A stretch of 58,062 bases of DNA, counting the filler, from Porpidia crustulata (lineage: Eukaryota): NCBI GenBank assembly GCA_964255105.1. It is 6 parts of 6 records of this genome, joined end to end, with 100 filler letters (N's around TTAATTAATTAA, not from the genome) between each part and the next. Parts side by side here need not be neighbours in the genome. Positions count along the whole stretch, not along the records: positions 48,485 to 58,062 come from CAXUWE010000915.1; 5 more parts are not named here. One strand, given 5' to 3'. Numbering within the stretch: position 1 is the first letter of the stretch; each line of letters opens with the position of its first letter. Below the pieces are notes generated by a model. That model did not search any database and was not told where the DNA came from. It saw only the letters and a list, made by a program, of their open reading frames with translations. Positions 48,385-58,062 of this stretch are shown here, piece after piece. Both the position numbers and the translations under genes were made by a program.

Positions 48385-48484
48385 NNNNNNNNNNNNNNNN
48401 NNNNNNNNNNNNNNNNNNNNNNNNNNNNTTAATTAATTAANNNNNNNNNNNNNNNNNNNNNNNNNNNNNNNNNNNNNNNNNNNN
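48385..48484. other. Artificial contig spacer
   Basis: Same linker. Confidence 0.98.
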
Positions 48485-48955
48485 CTCCCGGCTTTAGAAA
48501 AATAATACAATGGTTCGAAAAAGAATAAGAACAATTCATCGGTCACGATAGAGTGGCCGTCGAAGAAAAAAAATCGGAAAAGATAGATGCAATCGATAGT
48601 TTTTTTTTTTGGCTTGGGTAGATAGATTGAATGGATTTTGATGGATGAATGAATTGTTAACTGTCCGTTCGTGAGATGAGGGATTTTGGATATGTATTGG
48701 AATTCAGTTGTTGATTTTGGGGGTAGGATGAATGTGATCATCCGGGATGGTAACGGTCTGTGGAGGGTTGGGTGCCTTTCTATGAGGGTTCAGCAAGTCC
48801 GTGTCGGCCAGGGACAAAGAAGCGGTGGGCTGCACTCCCGGGGTGATTCCACCAGCTGGGGAATAGATGTTGGATATAAATATTTACAGAAAACTGTATA
48901 CTCAGACGGTCTCGAGTCAAAGACCCTGCGAAATCATTATCACACAACCTCCCGC

Positions 48956-50626
48956 TCAGCCCAAACCCATCTTGATATCATCACCAACATCCCAATCACC
49001 GTCCCGATCCTGATGTAACGGGATATGATGATCTAGATCATTCTCATTGCGCAGGATGGAGCCCGAGGATTGCGCGCTGCTTTTGGTGCTGCTCTGCGTG
49101 CTCTCCCGTCTACTTCTGAAAAATCCTCGTTTCCTCACTTGATCACCAGTTGCGTTTTCGTTATCTTGAGTCGTTTTGGGATAGTTGGATATTGGGTCTG
49201 TAGAGTTGATTTCGTCGGAGGAGGGGACGAGTGTCGCTTCAGAGGTATTTGGCGTTGAATCAATTGTTTCTACCAACTCAGCGTCTCTGTACCACTTTCG
49301 GCGGCGCGTATATCGGCCCCAGCCGTCACGTCCACGACGACCGTCGTTCCACTGTAAGTGATTTAGTATCTTGCGTTGGGAGTTTTATTTCAGTAGTACC
49401 TTGTTATCGTAGTAAATCCAGCCATCCCCATTCGCATCTAATTTACTCTTTCCGGCACCTTCAACTTTCCAATCGCTGCCTTCCACCCAACGCCACTGAG
49501 CACTGCCATTGTCAACATCTGGGAGTTGGAAATTGTCCTTGGAGTCGGACGGATTCAAATGCTCATCCGTCCATGGTGCTCGCTCATTAAACATCAAAGA
49601 ATAAGTCCACCCAAGCCCAAGCCATCGACGCTGATTTTCATACACAACAAACGTGAAACGTACACCGGCCGACTCGGGTCCTTTGTGAGCCAATGAACTG
49701 GCTACCGCATGTTGATTTTTACTACGAGGGGGAAGTGGCGGCGGGTCTCCGGGGCGAGGTGGAAGGGATGGTGTGTCAGAAATGCTCTTGGTGAAGCTCA
49801 AACCAGTAGTCACTGCCACCACGCGACGGATAGCCCGAGATCGCCAAAGAATTGTCCGCGAAACCCGAGCTGGTCTCGAATGCCAAGTAAGCATCAAGGT
49901 GCCAGCTGCGAGGACAACTCGCCGTGTAGTGATAATTTGTAGGGGCGAAAGCGTCAGAACGATCCATATTGGCGTGACAAAGAGAATTCTTATAAATAGA
50001 GTCGTGAGAGATGGTCTAGTGGTCGCGGATGTTGCTGTTCGCTGCGTGGAGAGAAAGTCTGTCATTTGAAGGAAAGGCTCAAGGAGCACATTACACCGAG
50101 TGGTGAATATCGTCAAAGTCTCTACGATTTCGTCTAGGCTTTTCTGGTGTTTCATACTGCCTTCTGAAATTTGCTTCTTGTGCCCTTTTTGTTTTTCTCC
50201 AGTCCAGCCAGTTGATGAGAGCGGAGAAAACCTTCGAGTGTACATGCCCAAGATAATCCCAATAACCACCGCGACTGGTCCAGCCCATCGCGTTACAATA
50301 TCACCATAAAGTATTAGAGCCCAGAAGCCGGCCACAATCAGAAAGCTCTCCCAAGGGTCTCCGCTTGTCCATGATAGCAAACCAGCTACTTTGTTTAAAG
50401 GCAGTACGAACGGGTGAGAGAACGCTAGAGCCCTGGTGATCGGAGGAGGAGTCGCCACAAGTAGGGGCGATTTGCGATGAACGAGTATGGTAGACCTTTG
50501 TCTTGTTGAAGGGGAACTTTGCGACGAAGAAGGCGAAAAAGCTGCTATTGTCGGTGGATTTGGATCTCTGTTCGCCCCGGAATTGAGAGTTCCATTTTCG
50601 GAGACTTTTGCTGGTGAAGGAGCCAT
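48956..50626 (-). CDS. Pex24/Pex30(Pex23)-family peroxin with dysferlin domain
   Basis: SPLLVATPPPITRAL, WTSGDPWESF, RFTFVVYENQRRWLGLGW, WRWVEGSDW, GWIYYDNK|WNDGRRGRDGWGRYTRRRKW after intron ~49337-49399. Confidence 0.9.
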
Positions 50627-51031
50627 TGCCTCTAGCCAAGGTGTTTCTGGGAATCATATGTTAGTCACTACTGACCAAACCACTAGGCAGCGCTTAACGT
50701 ACCAAATGCAGCCATGCAATAGGAAACAACTCAGCAGCAACTGCTCGAAGCTATTCGATACCATCTCAACAGATCTGGACAGATCTTCTTCACAAATTCA
50801 TCAATGATGGTGCCCATGTTGTACCGAAGGAAAGTCGCGTTGGCATGTGAAGTCATCGGCAACGATTCCCGTAATCCGCATCGGACATCGAGTGATCTTC
50901 GCACCGACATAATTCCGTCCCGTCGTTGACCCGAGAAGCAATCATCATTTAGGTAAGAAATCTAGCAACCTCCAAATCCCTCTCAAACAACTACCTAGTA
51001 ACGCCGCTGTTGGCTTCAGAAAGCTTTGCAT

Positions 51032-51507
51032 ATGGTGAGATCTTGCATACGTACATGGCAGCGATTAAAAGGAACCTAACAAAGTCACAGGCGCACCGTA
51101 TCATCACCCAGGTCGTCATTGTAGGCTCACGAGTACTTGGTCGCGCTTTTGCAGAAGCATACAAGCAAGCCTCAGCCACCTCGAAATATGCTGCAGAATC
51201 CGCGAAGAATACTCCTGGAGCAGCAGCCAATTTTGCTTCTAGTGGCCTCACACTAGATGAAGCATGTAAAATTCTCAATGTGAAAGTACCACAAAAGGGC
51301 AAAACGGATATGGAGGCTGTATTAGAACGTTTTAAGAAGCTGTTCGATGTGAACGAACCAAATAATGGTGGAAGCTTCTATTTACAAAGTAAAATTCTGA
51401 GAGCCCGGGAGAGGATAGAAATGGAGGTCAGGGAGGCGGAAGAGAAAGCGGAAAGAGAGGCGGAGCTGAGAGAGGGGTGGAAGCCAAAGATGTACAAGGA
51501 TCGATGA
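51032..51507 (+). CDS. PAM16: Mitochondrial import motor co-chaperone Pam16 (Tim16)
   Basis: ATG-only first coding exon plus intron 51035-51090 gives MAHRIITQVVIVGSRVLGRAFAEAYKQA; LTLDEACKILNV; GGSFYLQSKILRARERIE. Confidence 0.95.
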
Positions 51508-52858
51508 CACCAGACGTTGAAATATCCGGGAAAGAGTACCCTCGAAGCTATTCCCTTTCGCAGCTGATCGACCAGCCTTCGGCACCCTATCATTTTATTG
51601 TCAGATCGTCGGTATCACTTTTAGCGTTGCATCAACCCGGCGTTTGGGACACTTCCACTCTTACTCAGATGAGAGTGTAATCTGAATTGATGATATCGTC
51701 AATGTGGGAATCGAGATCTTTGATTCGATAGCGCAGCTTTTGAAATACGAGCAAGACTATCAAAACATCTATTGAAGGCTGTTTGAGATTGGTCAAAAGA
51801 TCAATGACTATTTGATTGGAGTCTATGGATGTGGAACATGTACAGTAAATTCAGCAGAAGCTTGTCCTTGCTCGTGGTTATTTGAAGGCGGTGGCAAGAT
51901 CATATTCGCTATAAACTGAGGCCCTACTTTATACGAGGTTGAGAACAGAAGGTCGAATTCTGGCCATGTTGTCCTTGTCAAACGTTCCGTGCAGCACAGA
52001 AAAACATACTCATCCAGTATTGGGTGTTCTTGAAAGCCTATGCGTTAACCAAGAATGCTTGACTCCCGGACCTTGGCGATATTTGGCTGCGGGAAGGGCA
52101 CGTGGGTACTGAAAGAAGATTGGTAAGGTCTGATAGTGTCTAATCACGACATCATGAATAAATTGCGCATCAACCTCTCCTGTACCACGCCATGATATGT
52201 CTAGCAGTTGATGGTATGCATTTGTGCTCAACGGTTGAGATAGAGTTGGGGTTGCACATTGCCATAATTGGCCCTGATGTGAAAGAGGACTGCTGTTTAG
52301 GGCAGATTAGGGTTCGGACTTGTGCAGGGCATGCGTTAGTTCCAATGCGTGATGGCGCTAAGGGACAAACGAAGTTTCAATCATCCTCATCCCTCCGTCC
52401 CGCACCAGATTAATTCTTTCCTTTTCATTCTACGAGTACTTCCCATTTGTACCTTCACGTTCTAGCATCAAACGGATTCCGGTTGCTTACGATATGGGCG
52501 CATTACATCGCAAGGCTAGGCTAAGCGTGCCAATGGAATTATATCTGCGCGTCATAGACGTTGATGGCACGATGCTTAGATACACACCCTAATTCACTCG
52601 ATTAAAATGCCTCTTCACATTTTCACCATGATAAGACCTACTTAGTGTCGAGCCTGTCAGTCGACTCGGCTTTGGACTTTGGAATGCTGCTCGGGGTAGG
52701 CGCTCATATATATCAAGGCTGCTCCAGGCTTGCGTAACATAAATACCTTACTCTGCCGTCAATCCACACTGGTCTCTCAACTACACCGCAAAGTACCTCA
52801 GCTTCGATCCTCTGGCCCTCCATCCGTAGCCCATCGCTCATCATTTGTTTGCCTCAGA

Positions 52859-54139
52859 ATGTCTCCAGCAGCACCCGAGTTGTCGACGCTCCTACCTCCG
52901 CTTATCCTTGGAACTGCCACGTTCAATTCTCAATATAATCCAGATCCTTCTTTACTGCCAACCACCGGCATAGTCCACCGCGCTCTTTCGTTGGGTGTTC
53001 GGGCTTTCGACACATCGCCTTACTACGGTCCAGCCGAAGACTTACTCGGTAAAGCGCTCGACACCTCCTTTGTACATGACAATTTTCCCCGCCGCGATTA
53101 CTTTCTTCTCACCAAAGTTGGCCGAGTTGGGAGTACTGAATTCGATTACTCTGCTCCATGGGTACAGCGTAGTGTACGACGCAGTCTCGATCGACTTCGA
53201 ACAAGCTATTTGGACGTCGTCTATTGCCACGACGTCGAATTCGTTACCCCCGCAGAGGTTCTCGAGGCCGTCATCGAGTTGCGCAGGCTCCGCGATGAAT
53301 CAGGCGTAGTCAAATACATTGGCATCTCCGGCTATCCCGTCACCACGCTTTGTGAGCTTGCTGAGACAATCCTGGAGAAGACTGGAGAGCCCCTCGATGC
53401 CGTCATGTCCTACGCAAACTTTACCTTACAAAATACACGACTGAGCTCGATCGCCGTGAAAAGGCTAAAAGCAGCTGGCGTCGACGTTGTCCCTAACGCC
53501 TCCGTCCTTGGTATGGGGCTTCTACGCCGTACTGGTGTTCCAATAGGTGGACAGGGTGACTTCCATCCCTCACCAACTGAGCTTCGTGCTGCCATACAGA
53601 GGGCAAGTGACTGGTGCGACTCCCAAAATGACCGAATTGAAAAGGTCGCTATTCGATTCGCTTTGGAGACGTGGATGCGGGAGGGCGAGCGCGTTGGCTC
53701 GAAAGGTGATCCAGCCTCGGGCATTCCTTGGAAGAGGGAGACGATTGAGCAAATCGGAGGAGCCAAGCTAGGTGTTAGTGTCATGGGTGTTAGTAACGTA
53801 AGTGAGTTGGACGAGACGATGCGTGTCTGGAGAAGCATACTGGACGGCCTCGAGAACGGAGAACAAACCGCAGTTGAGTCTGGCAGAGGTACTGGAGATC
53901 ACCTGTGGAGTCTGTCCCGACAAAAGAAAGTGGCAAAGCTCTCTCGTGGGGTGCGGCAGGCCCTGGGCAAATGGGTTGACTACACGTGGACCAGCCCTCC
54001 ACCTGGATTTGTGAACCAGAGAAAGGCGTTGGCCGCTGCTTCGGAACAGCTGCCTACACCGGCAGCCTCGCCGCCGCAAATCGCTCTTAAGGGTCTACGT
54101 GAGGATACGGCCGAGATTGAGAGCAGCCCTCTGATCTGA
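52859..54139 (+). CDS. Aldo-keto reductase, L-galactose / D-arabinose 1-dehydrogenase (Ara2-like)
   Basis: LPPLILGTATF, AFDTSPYYG, LLTKVGR, SLDRLRTSYLDVVYCHDVEF, YIGISGYP; first ATG at 52859. Confidence 0.88.
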   Translation: MSPAAPELSTLLPPLILGTATFNSQYNPDPSLLPTTGIVHRALSLGVRAFDTSPYYGPAEDLLGKALDTSFVHDNFPRRDYFLLTKVGRVGSTEFDYSAPWVQRSVRRSLDRLRTSYLDVVYCHDVEFVTPAEVLEAVIELRRLRDESGVVKYIGISGYPVTTLCELAETILEKTGEPLDAVMSYANFTLQNTRLSSIAVKRLKAAGVDVVPNASVLGMGLLRRTGVPIGGQGDFHPSPTELRAAIQRASDWCDSQNDRIEKVAIRFALETWMREGERVGSKGDPASGIPWKRETIEQIGGAKLGVSVMGVSNVSELDETMRVWRSILDGLENGEQTAVESGRGTGDHLWSLSRQKKVAKLSRGVRQALGKWVDYTWTSPPPGFVNQRKALAAASEQLPTPAASPPQIALKGLREDTAEIESSPLI

Positions 54140-54577
54140 TATCAGTTCACATTGATATGATACGCTCGGTGTCTATTCGTCGCTACCGTCATTCCCATCT
54201 CTATGATATACATGCATGTCGGCTGCTATGTGCTTTATTACGGGATACCCTTCTGGGCTTTAGATTTAGGATGTCATAGATGGGCAAATTCAAGCTCGGA
54301 CTCTACCGGAGCCCCACCAACGGCCTAGTCGAGTATCTTGGTTTGCTTATCGGAGGGATGAAACGTATTCACTGGCTGAGGCTCAGCTTTCATTAAGTCT
54401 CACGCTTTGTTTGGCCCAAAACACCCAAAACTGCGCCGCATGCACGACCAGTAGATGTTCCTACCTAGTCGCTTCCTACTTTTCCTTACCTAACGATATG
54501 GGAATATCATAGCTCTTGATACTGTTGTGTTATGATGTCTCTCATCTATCAGCTGTGCATGACATGATAATTATCTC

Positions 54578-55760
54578 TCATTGCCGGTCGCTTTTTTCGT
54601 AGCTCGCACAAGCCATGCTATTTTCCGCTCGCCTCTCTCTTTGGAAGAAGTATGAGTGGTTTTCTGCGACTGGTTCAGTGCTGAAAGGCATAATTAGTAA
54701 GTACAACACCCTAGCATTGTCAAGGAGAATCTTCAGATCTTCTGAGGTTGTTTCTTCCGAACCATTACCAAATATGGGCGCGACCGATTTTCTGGTTCGA
54801 ATCTCACGCACCCACAAGAAATATGGCTTCCGAGTGCATCTGATTTGACTTTGTTTGACATTAGTCTGATTTAGTGAGATGTATTTGCCGGTTCGAATCT
54901 TACTTAAAACACCAGCCAATATCCACAAACATCTTACTCAAGTTGTTAATTGTCTCTATATAATAGCAGAGGCTTGGTTGCTAATATCGGTTCTCCGTGC
55001 AGCCCCTCCACAATATGACACATTTGAGTCTAATCTTCAGGCTACACTGACAGACTGACTAGAATCATTTATGTATTATAGTCTCTAAGCTCTCATACTT
55101 CCGTACCGTAGGAACCGTTCAGCTCCGGCATCAAGTCAGTTGCAATATACTCCAAGTCAACATGATGCGCATTATACCACAGATACGGCCAGGGACTTAG
55201 CATCATGTGCTCAAATTATGAGAGAAATTAATGATTTAGATCTCGAGTTTCCTTTCGACCAGTTATACAAAGCCCAGGTATCTCGACAACCTAGTTACTG
55301 GACTCCCAGCCTCATCTTCACACATCCAGGTCCAATTCTAGGCCCACTTGACATGATGGACCAGGAAGTCCCTCAGCACGTGCAGATCTTCCGCGCTCCG
55401 AGGCTGTCCTTCACAAAACTGCGTCTCAAGATTCTCGCAAGCTTTCCATACTTCCGGAGGGGGATTACAGCTCTGGAAGAGTATGTCATACAGGCCAGCC
55501 TTTTCTGGCGCACGTTTGCCATCATGCAAGTAGCAGCCGATACTATGATTCTTGTTCGTCAAATAGTTGACAGGACAGGAAGTGGAGGTGCATGGCTTGG
55601 TGGCGTTCTTCCAGGTCTGAAAATCTTGCGAGTCTGAGATCCATGGGCTGGAGACCCAGGACATTTCGATGGGTAGGGTGCCGAGATACTGTCTTAGGCG
55701 GTCGAATGTCACCACTCTCTGTTCCAAGGGACCTTTGCTTTGATTGGTCTTTCCTTGCAT
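54578..55760 (-). pseudogene. Possible decayed orphan gene
   Basis: 140-aa ORF 55338..55760 continues in frame with protein-like text after TAG/TAA stops (KWA*NWTWMCEDEAGSPVTRLSRYLGFV*LVERKLEI*); a second fragment lies at 54578..54928; no family recognised. Confidence 0.3.
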
Positions 55761-56275
55761 GCTGAAGTGTGTGCTGCTGAAGTGTGATCTGGTCTGAAGT
55801 CAAGCGATTCAGAGATTGGGCAAGAGACAACTTGGAAGAAGGGCATTATATACAATCCGACGGGAGCTTCTGTCCCAAAGACAGTGGGAACAAAGGGATT
55901 GTCAAGTAGCAGAATTTGACCCTTTCTCCAATTGTTGAAGCTTCAAACAATTCTATCATATTCAACGTATCAAGTGGGCAGTCTTCCTTTAATCATAAAG
56001 CAACATCACGTTTTCGAAACACTTGTTTCAACGACAAAGCCTTTACGAACATTGTCGTGCTGTCAGGACGAGAAGTAATTGCATGCCTGATTGTCATACT
56101 ACCTATTTCGTTGATCTTTGGATATGTTACACCATTAAAAGACTAATTGATTGATGTAGTGACTTCTAGTATTCAATTGAAATTTGGTCCACAATATCAC
56201 ACACATAGAATGCAGGACGCTAAGTAAAGTAAATATTGCGCTAGTACAAATGAAGACTAGTGGGGAATTGCTGGC

Positions 56276-56331
56276 TGTTTGTTTACTTTTCGACTCCGCC
56301 GTCCCCTTGAAGCGACGACATCACGCGAAAA
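56276..56331. promoter_or_regulatory. Forkhead site (GTAAACAAACA, minus strand) and MCB/SCB-like CACGCGAAAA upstream of the Slk19-like gene
   Basis: Motif matches within 90 bp of the ATG of a cell-cycle gene. Confidence 0.4.
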
Positions 56332-56364
56332 TCTAGTCTGTCAATCGGGGACTTGTTGCAAATC

Positions 56365-58062
56365 ATGTCGCAAGTCTTGTCTCCATTAACTGCTACCAAA
56401 GCGAATCGAAACACACCAAACACCGCTCAAAAGAAAGGGTTCTTGATACACGAAGACACCGAGAATACTTTACCTCAAAGTCCAGGCGATATCCCAAGCT
56501 CCCCATTCGTAGAAGACGTGCCATCGCCGACCAAAGCGTGGGACTTGGCGCAACAGGAAACCCCAAGAAATGAACAAGCGAAGCAGTACACAACGATCCC
56601 ACTGACGGAGGATGCCTTACGAGAGAATGGAGGGCTCACGCGAGAGTTCGAAATTGGCGATGACAACAATAGAGCTGGGGCAATTAGAAGTGAGACTCAA
56701 AATGGGTACGAGAAAAGAAATGACACCATCTCTACTGTTGCAGGGCCTCTAGGGTACATGGGCATGGACGACACCTGCATGAGCACATTCTCTGCTGCCC
56801 CTACCCTTGATATGACCATTTTTGCTCAAATGCGCCCGTCGCCAACGAAAAGCAATTCTCTGAGTCCGACAAGAACTTTCAGGCAAGCTCATTACAATGA
56901 TGAAGAGCCCACACCCCGGCAAGGCGACCGGATGACTCCGACTAGCATCCGACGTCCATACCACGAAGACTCCTCTCCGTCGCCCACCCCTCGACGTCCA
57001 AGATCAAGTCCTTCTGGTGATACTACAAATCTTATTTTGGACTTCACAGAGCAATTCAGTGCGTTTGAGCAGGCTTCCAGCCGGTCACAAAGTCGCAACA
57101 GCCGATCTTCTCCGCGCAAACAACCCTCTGATCTTACCTCTTACGCCTCTAGCCGTCGCACACCTTCTCCAAGAAAGCACGGTCTGAACTCAGGCACACC
57201 CTCTGGGTCCCGCCACCTCGTTAATCTGCTTGACTTTGACGATCTTCCTCCAGCTCCCACTCCACGCTCTATTCCTAGCATTACAGCCCGTGAACTTGAA
57301 TCCCTAAAGTCAAGTTTCCTATCTCAAATATCCTCTCTTCGCGCAAACTTAAGTGGCAAAGAAGCTGAAGTCTCCTCGCTTAAAGAGGCCGTGGGAGATG
57401 CTGAAAGACGGGTAGGGGAAGCGTTGGAGGAGATACGGGATGAAAGGGGACGAAGAGAAGCGCTTGAAGCAGGCAAATCAGACTGGGAAAAACGAGATAA
57501 AGAAATGCAAACAGTGCTACGGAACGTAAAAGAAGAAATCATCCGCTCGGACCGCGAAAAAGAAGAGCTTCTACACAAACTCTCCACCACAGAACGAAAG
57601 GCTTCAGACTTTGAATCCCGCCTCGCCGAATCCGAATCTAGTCTCACCGGTCTCCGTGCAGCCTCTTCCTCTACAGAAGCCACACACTCGGAAAGCGGCA
57701 CTGCGGCGAGCACAGACGCAGCCGTCGAAGCTGCTGTCACGAAAGTCGCCAAGGAGCTCCACGGCCTATACAGACACAAGCACGAGGAAAAAGTCAAGGC
57801 GCTGAAGAAGAGCTACGAGGCTCGCTGGGAGCGGAAGATTAGGGATCTGGAAAACAAAATCCTGGAAGTGAGCCGGGAGAATGAGGAACTGAGGGTTGGA
57901 AGGGACGCAACGATGAGTGGACTGGTTCCGAGTACTCTGATCGCCAAGGCTAAATCACCGGAACGAGGCTCTGGTAACGGAGAGCGTGAACCGCGGGACG
58001 GTGAACACGCAACCAAGGTCGAAACCCTGACGGCCGAACTCGCAACGCTCAAATCAGAAAAC
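56365..58062 (+). CDS. Slk19-like central kinetochore-associated coiled-coil protein (3' truncated; absent from the ORF track)
   Basis: ATG 56365 (MSQVLSPLTATKANRN) is in frame with AVEAAVTKVAKELHGLYRHKHEEKVKALKKSYEARWERKIRDLEN, the Slk19 kinetochore motif; also PTPRSIPSITARELESLKS. Confidence 0.85.
   Translation, partial: MSQVLSPLTATKANRNTPNTAQKKGFLIHEDTENTLPQSPGDIPSSPFVEDVPSPTKAWDLAQQETPRNEQAKQYTTIPLTEDALRENGGLTREFEIGDDNNRAGAIRSETQNGYEKRNDTISTVAGPLGYMGMDDTCMSTFSAAPTLDMTIFAQMRPSPTKSNSLSPTRTFRQAHYNDEEPTPRQGDRMTPTSIRRPYHEDSSPSPTPRRPRSSPSGDTTNLILDFTEQFSAFEQASSRSQSRNSRSSPRKQPSDLTSYASSRRTPSPRKHGLNSGTPSGSRHLVNLLDFDDLPPAPTPRSIPSITARELESLKSSFLSQISSLRANLSGKEAEVSSLKEAVGDAERRVGEALEEIRDERGRREALEAGKSDWEKRDKEMQTVLRNVKEEIIRSDREKEELLHKLSTTERKASDFESRLAESESSLTGLRAASSSTEATHSESGTAASTDAAVEAAVTKVAKELHGLYRHKHEEKVKALKKSYEARWERKIRDLENKILEVSRENEELRVGRDATMSGLVPSTLIAKAKSPERGSGNGEREPRDGEHATKVETLTAELATLKSEN

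Noticed and set aside
52730..52858. N-terminal extension of the aldo-keto reductase from a TTG start
   Set aside because: The ORF finder used a bacterial-style start; the first ATG is at 52859, and a non-AUG mitochondrial isoform cannot be supported from sequence alone
1..58062. CRISPR arrays, rRNA genes, autonomous transposons or prokaryotic operons
   Set aside because: None seen; the gene content is intron-containing fungal DNA

Overview
Eukaryotic DNA from a filamentous ascomycete (Pezizomycotina): short ~50-70 nt GT-AG introns with CTAAC/CTAAT branch sites and typical fungal housekeeping genes. The window is not one locus. It is six contigs of 9611, 9608, 9606, 9580, 9579 and 9578 bp, sorted by size and joined by artificial 100-nt N44-TTAATTAATTAA-N44 spacers, so adjacency across the gaps means nothing. 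Contig 1: acyltransferase-3, damaged MYND gene, kinesin-6, D-arabinitol 2-dehydrogenase. Contig 2: large conserved hypothetical protein and GCN20 (truncated). Contig 3: cupredoxin-like membrane protein, FHIP/FhipA and a tRNA-Val(CAC) gene. Contig 4: NACHT-ZZ-ankyrin NLR-like gene, a MITE and an S41 peptidase. Contig 5: secondary-metabolite tailoring cluster without a backbone gene (two EthD proteins, alpha/beta hydrolase, MFS pump, Zn2Cys6 factor, small membrane protein). Contig 6: Pex24/Pex30-family peroxin, PAM16, aldo-keto reductase, Slk19-like protein. The stand-out observation is the tRNA-Val(CAC) gene. Besides a normal 37/38 intron it carries a second 49-nt insertion in the variable loop with spliceosomal signals (GT...GCTAAT...CAG), and removing both restores an intact cloverleaf.
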